From NCBI GenBank assembly GCA_946965045.2, contig OX337236.1, positions 2,914,001 through 2,978,000 on the forward strand: a stretch of 64,000 bases of DNA, given 5' to 3'. A program made the position numbers and the translations under genes. A model generated the notes under the pieces. The model saw nothing but the letters and a program-made list of their open reading frames with translations, searched no databases and was not told where the DNA came from. This document shows positions 55,526-64,000 of this stretch, in pieces (within the stretch, counting starts at the first letter, position 1; every line of letters starts with the position of its first letter). This DNA is from Epithemia pelagica. Lineage: Eukaryota; Protista; Bacillariophyta.

Positions 55526-56239
55526 TTGCACTTTTGGAGGAGGAATCACAACAACAACAACAAGAAGATCCACAAGTCACTTCTTCTTCTTCTTCTTTGT
55601 TTTGGAATACTGGCGACGACACGGCTCCAGCAGGCTTGGATCACACGTACTACTACCAAAGATGAGGATTCCCTCATTTTGCGGCACATTCATTTGGACC
55701 ATGTGGCCCTGCAATGGTTGCGGAATCAATACCAGGTCTGGTGTTTGGAACGACGACGCCAACCCTGCCTCCCCACGGCCAGCCCCACCAAACTACAACG
55801 TCTCGTATTGGATCAGTGTTCCTACAGTGGCGATTGTTCCACCCGACAGGCCTTGCTCCAGTTTTTGAATCATGTGGGACCAGAACTGGTCGAACTGGTC
55901 GTTCAGGAAACCACCATTCCTTCCCGGATTATGGGCCACCCGCAAGATGCAGAACCACAACCAAATGAGGACGAGGACGAGGAGTTTCTGTCAGACGCCT
56001 CCTTGGCGGGTCCCATCTTGGCCGGCTTTCACACCATGGGTGCATCCTTGGAACGCTTGGTCTTGGATCATGCCGATTTGCGTCGTCAGGGCTATGCCTT
56101 GAGGTGTTTTTTGGCCAAGGCTCGGAACTTGCATTCCTTGACCTTGTCGTCCTGTCACGTTTCGGACGACACCTGTCGAGCCTTGACCACCACCACCACC
56201 AAGACTTGCAGCAAGACCAACCACCCTATTCCTGTCTGA
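55526..56239 (+). CDS. Possible RNI-like leucine-rich-repeat protein, probably truncated
   Basis: LQRLVLDQC, LERLVLDHADL and LHSLTLSSCHVSDD resemble LxxLxL repeats. The start is non-ATG and the ORF ends just before the microsatellite. Confidence 0.45.
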   Translation: MHFWRRNHNNNNKKIHKSLLLLLLCFGILATTRLQQAWITRTTTKDEDSLILRHIHLDHVALQWLRNQYQVWCLERRRQPCLPTASPTKLQRLVLDQCSYSGDCSTRQALLQFLNHVGPELVELVVQETTIPSRIMGHPQDAEPQPNEDEDEEFLSDASLAGPILAGFHTMGASLERLVLDHADLRRQGYALRCFLAKARNLHSLTLSSCHVSDDTCRALTTTTTKTCSKTNHPIPV

Positions 56240-56296
56240 TGCAGATGGAAGACACGTGTATTTGGGCCTATTTGCTCTGTCATGCCGAGTGAGGTG

Positions 56297-56428
<132 letters not shown>

Positions 56429-57372
56429 AACCGGAACGACAAGAGGAACGACAAGAAGGGCGGGCACCACCAGAGAAACACGGTCCTGTCCATGTGTCAT
56501 TCGGGAGCAGCCATCCAGCCAGCCACCACAGACTAGGGATTGCTCCAAGGAATGATGATGATGGTACAGGCATACAAAACAAAACAAAAAACGAAACAAA
56601 CAACAAAGGGACAATCCATTCTCGATTCTGCATACACTACACTCTACTGTATCTCTACTACTAGGATCCAGTGCTGCATGGAATTTCTTTTCGTTGTATG
56701 GCGTCTACGGATCCGCTATATCGTAGAACCAACTAGCTAGATGGGTCCCTCCAGATCTTGTGGCCATGTCGAGTCGTAGGAGGAACGAGCGTGGTCTACT
56801 CTCCAATACTCCTAAAGCCACTGTGTCCGGTCCATGTCATTGGACCACCACAGACACGGGGTGGGGTTGCTCCAATGGATGTGGTGGTACAGGCAAAGCA
56901 ACACACAACAACAACGGGACAATCAATTCTCTTTTCGGTATACTCACCACTCTGCTGCTGTTTCTCGACTACAGAGGATCCGTCCGTCTCGTCTTGTCTG
57001 AACGAAACAGAAACGCCATATTGCTGTACTGGGTGCAGGAGAAACTCCATTTTGTAGTAGATTGTCACGACGACGACAACAACAACATGAGAGAGAGACA
57101 CAGCCGTACAATAGCTTCATTCTCGTCATGCCATCCAGTCGTATACGTCTGTCTGATCGAGATACCACACTACGACTAGGGCGTTCAAACTTGATTATCA
57201 TTGTTAAATGTCAAATTCGAGAGTAATGCATTAATATATATTAGTAGTACTATGGACTGTTGTTTTTTTCTTGTTGCCTATCATTCTTCAATTCTTGTCG
57301 TGGGATATACTCGGCACGTTGTGTGTCTTGCTGGACGGGTCTCTTCCACGCTTTCTTCATCCTGGGAGTTGT

Positions 57373-58143
57373 TTAGTAACTTTTCTTTTCCTTTTCCTCG
57401 CAGGTCACGACAAAGGATGCGTGAAAGCCCTTCTCGTTGCATCCATTGAGAATCTCCGTACCATTGTAGACAAAACCAGGATGAGCCACGGCGGTAACAA
57501 TGACGGCACTCGATGCGGTCTTGGTAAACAAAGTACATTCCCCGGAATCATGAGGGTCGTTGCAGTCACAGCAGATACCCGAAATGGTTGGCTTTTGCGT
57601 TGCGCAGGGACAACTCACTCCCAGTTCGGCTCCAGGAGGTCCCGGCTTGATTTCTGTCATGGCCTGGTTCACGGCAAAGGTTTCGGCCACAGCCCCATCC
57701 GGAGGACCCTCCGGCATCGTCAAGGCCGCCTTGGAAATGGTCACGGGTTGAGTGGATGCCAGTGCTACCTTGAGGACATCATGCTTGGTCACTCCATCTT
57801 TGCCGAGTAGTGTCTCGCCTTTGACAATGGCATCGCCAAAGCCAAAACAAGTCTTGTGGGAACAAGAGGCAATGTTCTTGGACTCCGAGACGGCAAAGGG
57901 AACGACGGTCCCATTGATAAATTCTGTCATCAAGGATCGACCCACCAAACCAGGTGGTGTCAAGGGTGAATTCGGATCAATCTCGAAGTTCACGAAATAG
58001 AAGCACGGACGATCGTCCTTGGGAGGAGGAGGAGGGGGAACCTTGTCTTCGTTGTCGTCGTAGTGGTCCTTGGCAATGGTCAACGATGTCAAATAAAAGA
58101 GGGAGACAAGAACGGATGCAACGGATTTGGAGATCATGGTCAT
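57373..58143 (-). CDS. Secreted Cys-rich protein of unknown family (~256 aa)
   Basis: Signal-peptide-like MTMISKSVASVLVSLFYLTSLTIA, a poly-Pro linker and clustered Cys (CPC...CCDC...C). The ATG at 58143 is preferred over the ORF-track start. Confidence 0.65.
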   Translation of the reverse strand: MTMISKSVASVLVSLFYLTSLTIAKDHYDDNEDKVPPPPPPKDDRPCFYFVNFEIDPNSPLTPPGLVGRSLMTEFINGTVVPFAVSESKNIASCSHKTCFGFGDAIVKGETLLGKDGVTKHDVLKVALASTQPVTISKAALTMPEGPPDGAVAETFAVNQAMTEIKPGPPGAELGVSCPCATQKPTISGICCDCNDPHDSGECTLFTKTASSAVIVTAVAHPGFVYNGTEILNGCNEKGFHASFVVTCEEKEKKSY

Positions 58144-58292
58144 GTAGAAAGGATCAATGAATGGTTGGCGTCTTGGTCTGTTGCTTTGTTTGGTATCTTT
58201 TCGCGGTGTGGAAATCTGCAAATTGTGAGACCACCGACACGACGAGGGAGAGAGAACAACTCGTTTCCTTGTTCCTTGCTTCTTCGCTTCAA

Positions 58293-58370
58293 CGAATCTG
58301 GCGAGCGCGTCTGCGTGGTCTATTATTTTTTGGCCGAATCTGGCGAGCGCGTCTACATGATCTATTATTT
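58293..58370. repeat. Imperfect tandem duplication, 42-bp period
   Basis: CGAATCTGGCGAGCGCGTCT(G/A)C(G/A)TG(G/A)TCTATTATTT x2. Confidence 0.85.
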
Positions 58371-60266
58371 CCGGGTCCATAAGCTTGCATCATAAGAACA
58401 TTTGGTCTTGATTGGTTGTGCATGCTCGGACACGTGAAGGTATTATCGCGCGTGTTGTGCTGCGATATCGCTGCTTAAGCAATAAGATATCAAAGTTGTG
58501 CCTACTAAAAGAGCTATGCTATTGCGCAATGAGTGTAAGATGATGCCATGAATGGAGAAGCCTACCGAATCTTCTAGAATCAGAACATGATAAGAAATTC
58601 TGTGGAGAAGGCAGGAAGTTGCCAAGAAGAGCCTTGCTGCTGCTGATGCAGCTGGAAGCTATCAATGAAGCCTCTGGGTCAGCCTGGAGGCTTCCTTGGA
58701 TGCGGCAGGTGCAGCAGGCAGCTAAGAGCTGCGAGCTTCCGCGCTCAAGAGAGAGTTTGTTCCGTTCCCAGCTGTGCGCTCCGATATTGCAAGTGCGCTG
58801 CAGATGGCTTTGGCCCATTTGCTGCCAAGCCCACTCAGTTGTGGGCCCACAATGACTCGGGTTGCTCAGCCAGGGAGAGCTTTTGCTAGGCCGGGTAGCC
58901 CAGCACCGGCCTCAGGCCTTGCTGCTGCTCAGGAAGAGCCGCCAGGCTGCAGGAGGCAGGAGCAGCAGGCAAGGGCAGCAAGTGAGCTCGCCCACATGGC
59001 AAGCAGCTGCAACAGCGCCATGCGCGCTGCTAACGCGCTAGAAGGCCTGGCCATGGGGCGCTAGCCAGCCGCCAAGGCAGCCGCCAAAGAACCCGAGCAA
59101 GCACCTGCCAAGCAGGTGGCGAGCAAGAAGCCCAGCTGCAATGCACGCAAGCCGGCATGCATTCTCACCAATGCAATAGCACCAGTTCTTGCATATCGTG
59201 CGCGCGAGACGAGACAAAAATCTCCAAATGTCGCACCAGAAACTCCTTTTTTACTCTGGTTTTTTGTATGCTCCCATTTTTGTTAAATATAATAACCCAA
59301 AAATCTCCCCAAACGACTCACTTTTTTGTGCACGACCCCGACAACCCAAATTTCAACGCAACTGTCAGCCAACCATACAGTTCAATAGAAGAAGAATAGA
59401 ACAATTGCACTGTTTTGTCCGATTACAAAAAGACCGACAATTGACCGAGTCACGCCTTACACAAAACCGATCATCGAAATTTTGCTCCAATGAATGGATT
59501 CTCCACGAATCCATGCGCGCATACCGCACACAGTGTATAAAATATATACAAACCCTAATAAAGCATTACACCATAGTCGCATTTCAATCGTCTATCAATC
59601 ATTGATCTACCCATGAAGAAGCATCCTTTTCCCTCCAACCGAGTCCACTTTTCTCTGTTTGGACACTTTTACCGATGATTATTGTTGCATCTTTTTACAC
59701 TGGGTACCGAGGGTCATCATCAAAGTCACAAGGAGCCATGTTCTGCAGTGATAAGGGTGCAGAGTGCACCATGTACCACGAGAACCATCAACTGGGTCAC
59801 GAGTCACGACGAGAAAGCAACTTTGCTCCATCAGCTCTCTGATTTTTACATTCGGAATTAGCATTTTCATTGTGCATTCCCAGATTTTCAGATGCCGGTT
59901 GGCATCAATCTTCACTTCTGACGACTGCCGCATTCGGAGCTCCGCAATTCGGTGCATATCATGAATCATACAACTCTCTATCTGCAAGTCGATGATGGTT
60001 TTATGCTGGTCATATCACTCGGTACTGGAACATCATGGTGCCTCCTACTATACTTGTTCCGAAACATGTCAACGATGTCGGTTTCTCCCGTGGCTTACTG
60101 CCGTCTGTCATGAACTTGGATCAACTCTCCAAACACAAACTTCGATGGTTGATCCTCTCATAGAATCTGATTCCACAAGTTTGCCGAGCCAATTGCATCG
60201 AGCAACCTTATCAGATTTTGAGTGAGATACCGGCCGAGTAATCAAGAAACCACTGTTTGAAGTACC

Positions 60267-61076
60267 ATGAAGTTGTCAGCTGCCGTCGTTTTTCTTGCTG
60301 CGACTATCCACAAGAATGCCGCCGTGGAAGATAGTACGCATATGGTGTTTCCCGCTCCAGAACGCTCCCAACAGCAGCAACAGCAGCAACAGCACAAGCT
60401 GCAGCAATCAAACAATACTGATGGCGCATCTTCGCTGTTACCGCCAATGCTTGACGCCGGTCCCGACTCCATCGAACCTTGCGCCGTCGGCGTTACCAAC
60501 TGCGACGAAACCGCGTTGGTTTGCGACGAAGAAATGGCGCCCGATGTGAGTGGCACGCCGGGCGTATCCGGCGCTGGGTTCTATTCGTACCTTCTCAATT
60601 CGACGATGGGATTATTGGGGGTGCAGTACTACGTCTGCGCTTGCAACCGCCAATCGACCCATTTTGTTGGCGGAGAGCTTTCCGTGCGAGCCGACTCGAT
60701 CTGCAAAATCAATGAGCACCGGTTGCCCCTGCCGAAGGATTCAAACGAAACGTGCCCCGACGGCGCGGCGAGCGACTGCCTCAGTTACTGCAACGACGTC
60801 ACCTTCGGCGGGGACAGTTGGAAGGAAGCGAACACGATGCCAGAGAATGGCGGTGGGAAAGGCGCAGTCGGGGCTTTGGCCGACGGTTCGACCGGTTGCG
60901 TTTGCATCTGGGCCGACACGCGTATCCAAGGTTGCACCCTTCCACCTCCCAGCGATGATCCACCTCCCAGTGATGGTGTTGTATCTGGCGCACACAAACC
61001 ACTCGGCGCCGTCACACTAACTGCTGCTGCCGCTACGCTGCTCGGGATGGTGGGAAGCCATGGCCTTCTTTTTTGA
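60267..61076 (+). CDS. Secreted Cys-rich, putatively GPI-anchored surface protein, copy 2 (269 aa)
   Basis: Paralogue of 18384..19205 with all Cys conserved. Confidence 0.75.
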   Translation: MKLSAAVVFLAATIHKNAAVEDSTHMVFPAPERSQQQQQQQQHKLQQSNNTDGASSLLPPMLDAGPDSIEPCAVGVTNCDETALVCDEEMAPDVSGTPGVSGAGFYSYLLNSTMGLLGVQYYVCACNRQSTHFVGGELSVRADSICKINEHRLPLPKDSNETCPDGAASDCLSYCNDVTFGGDSWKEANTMPENGGGKGAVGALADGSTGCVCIWADTRIQGCTLPPPSDDPPPSDGVVSGAHKPLGAVTLTAAAATLLGMVGSHGLLF

Positions 61077-61928
61077 GTTATAATTGATTGGTGGTAGTCT
61101 ACTGCTCTAGCGAAACAGAATCAGGGATTCCGGCACTTGCACAACTGGAGAATCAAGCGGGAATAATTTAGGCCTATGCTTATTACTGCCCTGTCCGCCA
61201 AGAGTGGTGTGGAGGAAAGTGGCTGGACCAAAGGCAGGCATTATGTCTGAGCTAAAAGTAAAAGATATAGTCCAAGCACACACAAACTGAGCGTAGATCA
61301 CAAATTTTGCTTCTGCTGCCTCTTGCTTAGCAAGCCTGGCAAGCAGCCTTGCAGCGCGGCGCCAAGCGCAATGAGCTATGGCATTTGCCAATTTCCCCTC
61401 TTTCTCTTTGTAAAATATTTATTTCCCTTCATCATCACAGCAGCGATCCGGGGAGATCCAGACACCCCCGGACTTGAAAAGCTTCGGCGTAAGCTAGGCT
61501 TGACGAGACCCGCGGAAGAATGCGTCACATTGTTAAAGGAGCTACTGCAGGAGCAAGAAGAGGGGAAACCGTCGTTGTCGGTGAACGATCCTCTGGAATA
61601 CCTCATTGCAAGAAAGGATGGCACCGTCCACGTGGGGTCCACTCAGAATCCGATGGTGCCAGTACCTCCAGGCACCTTCGCCAGGCACGCTGATATTTGA
61701 CCATGCTGGCGAAACAAGTAAGAACCGATCTTTTAATAATAGTTTGACATAATATTTTTATTATTAATTGATTTAAATCGAGCACTATCTAAATTTATAT
61801 CATAGGCACAGCTGCCCGCATTCAGCTGTGAAGGCTGCACTTTGAGGGAGCATCAATCTGCTTGCTCAACTAGGTATCCATGCAATCAGATGCAGGATCT
61901 TAATGTGCTGAGCACAAAGAGGCCATGG

Positions 61929-64000
61929 TCAGCTTGCCTGCGCGCAGCACAGCACTGAGCACTTGAATCCTTCACGGACATTCGGTCGGAAGAACAGACC
62001 TTTATCACGGGTCGCACGTAGATAGCGGCAAATTCGTTTGACTGCCACCACATGGGATAGCTTCGGATCGTTACAGAACCTAGCACATTGATGCACAGCG
62101 TAGGATAGATCCGGGCGAGACATGGCTTGAAGATAATTGAGGGAACCAATCACGGCACGGTAGTTCCAATCTTGCTTCCGAGTGGGGCCATCAGAGTCCG
62201 CGTGTAGGATCTTATTGTCTTCGGCTGGAGTGTCATGCATCTTGAAATTTTCTTGAGAGAGGCCCAGACCAAGATGATTCAAGCAGTTGTCGATCGACTT
62301 CTGTTGTTGCAACTCAACACACCCATCTTCATGTCGAATGAATCGGGCTCCAAGATAGTCCAACAGTGGACCATCGTCTGTCAGGTCAAAGGACTTTTGG
62401 AGCAGCGCTACTTCTCGGTCAATGGCTTTCGGATCCGGAGAGAAGAAGGCTGCGTCGTCAATATACAGGACGAGAAGAACGACGCCCTTTGAGAATAAAC
62501 AGGGATCAACGTTGGATTGTTTGAAGCCTTGCTTGAGGAGTCCATCTTTTATGTGCTCATGCCAAGTCACTTGGCCGTCTTTCAAGCCATACAAGTTTTG
62601 TTGGAGCTTCAGCAAGTGTTTATTCGGGTCAAGGCCGGGCAATGTGGTACCTTTTGGCAATTGCATGAAGATATCAGTCTTCACCTTTGCTTGCGTGTAC
62701 GCCATAATGAAGTCGATCGATCGCATGTCCCATCCCAAAATCAACGCCTGGATGAAGATGCACCGGACGGTTGGCCATGCAACAACAGGGGAAAAAGTGG
62801 ACCAGTAGGTATCACCAAAAACCTGTCTGTGGCCTCCAGCACAGAGGCGAGCTTTCCATTTAATGATTGCTCCAGCTGGGTCCTTTTTGCGCATAAACGA
62901 CCAAACCATGGGGATTGGTTTTGCGTTGGGTGGAACTTGAGCTTTATGCACGATCTTCCAATGCTTCAATTCGGCATGCTGTTTGAGTTCCTTCACCATG
63001 GCCTGAATGAACTTGTCGCTATCTTCTTGTTGGAGAGCGATATGCAAGGGCATAACATCTGGCTTGATGGCGGCGGTGCTCATCATCTGCAGCAGTGCCA
63101 AAGGATGATAGTCGGCCAAAGTCTTGGCCACATCCTGAGCCATAAAACAACAATGATAAGCAATCAACGACAATCGAGAAGGGGGACGCACTTGTCGACT
63201 GGTCCTGGTTTGCCCTGTGGGGGCAATGTCCACTGGGTATGGTTGTGGAGTCTCTTCTGGTGGAACAGAAGCTATCTGTGGCTCGGGTTCGGCATCAGGA
63301 AGAGGAGCTTGATCGTCAGCAGGCACTTGCGGAATTGCACCCGTCAAGAGATCGGGTAATTCGAGCAAGGCCTGTGGGATGTTGTTCCCAAAGTTGAGTA
63401 AGTTGGATTCTTGTTGTCGTTGTTGTTGTTGTGTACGTGATCGTCGTGTCAAGGGACGCGAGATCAGATGGTCAGATCTATTTTCATCTCCTTTGTGCAC
63501 TAACGCATTTTGCTTCCAAATGCTTGTGTCATGTTGTTCGTTCTTCACTGTCTCGAATTTGTCGTCATACACGCAATGGAATTGTGGGCTTACAAGACCA
63601 GTTTGCGTAGACAGGATGAGAGGAACAGAAGCAGCATGATGGGGCGAGTGACACAACAATACACCAACTCGAGATCGTTCTGCCCATTTGGGATGAGGGC
63701 TTCCTGTTTGGAGTGGAGCTTGGAGCACATAAACGGGGCAACCAAAAGGATGAAAGTGTTTGGTGTTTGGTTCCACATCGGAGTTGGAAAAGATGGAGAT
63801 GGGAGATTTTGCTTTGTTGTTACGTGGGAGTGCATTGCGAATGTTTGTTGCATGCTTCACCGCTTGTGGCCACAAATTTGCTGTGATGGTTTTCGGCCAT
63901 CTGTGAGCAGCATGAAGGATCATCGTTCTTGCGCTTTCGGTAAGGTCTCGAATTCGCCTTTCCGCGATCCCATTCTGATGGTGGGCTCCCACGCCACAGA
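61929..64000 (-). mobile_element. Second copy of the truncated Copia IN-RT region
   Basis: Nearly identical to 20062-22130, with the same truncation before RNase H. Confidence 0.92.

Larger units (their letters stand above)
59697..64000. repeat. Segmental duplication, copy 2 (continues past the window end)
   Basis: Near-identical to 17814-22130. Confidence 0.95.

Overview
Eukaryotic, repeat-dense region, most likely from a diatom. This is inferred from CoDi-type Copia proteases, short GT-AG introns and low-complexity Q/T/N tracts. About 70% is mobile DNA. The elements are: (1) a complete tyrosine-recombinase retrotransposon with split direct repeats (8659-17545, minus) inside 65-bp inverted repeats, whose pol ORF starts with a degenerate C5 DNA-methyltransferase-like domain; (2) three Ty1/Copia families (27897-36280 with LTRs and TSD; ~43125-49667 plus a fragment at 5545-6652; 20062-24076 plus a copy running off the right edge); (3) a decayed piggyBac (24081-37275) that hosts one Copia and carries a P2X7-C-terminal-like passenger gene; (4) an apparently intact six-exon Crypton-like recombinase gene (51295-54879). 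Host genes are mostly surface or glycan related: a DUF707-like gene missed by the ORF track, three GT25 paralogues plus remnants, a Patched-family pseudogene, an LRR-like ORF, a secreted Cys-rich protein, and two copies of a putatively GPI-anchored protein. Those two copies differ almost only by non-synonymous changes in three patches, although they lie in an otherwise ~99% identical duplicated block. No rRNA, tRNA or CRISPR was seen. All domain calls and difference counts were made by eye, with no database search.
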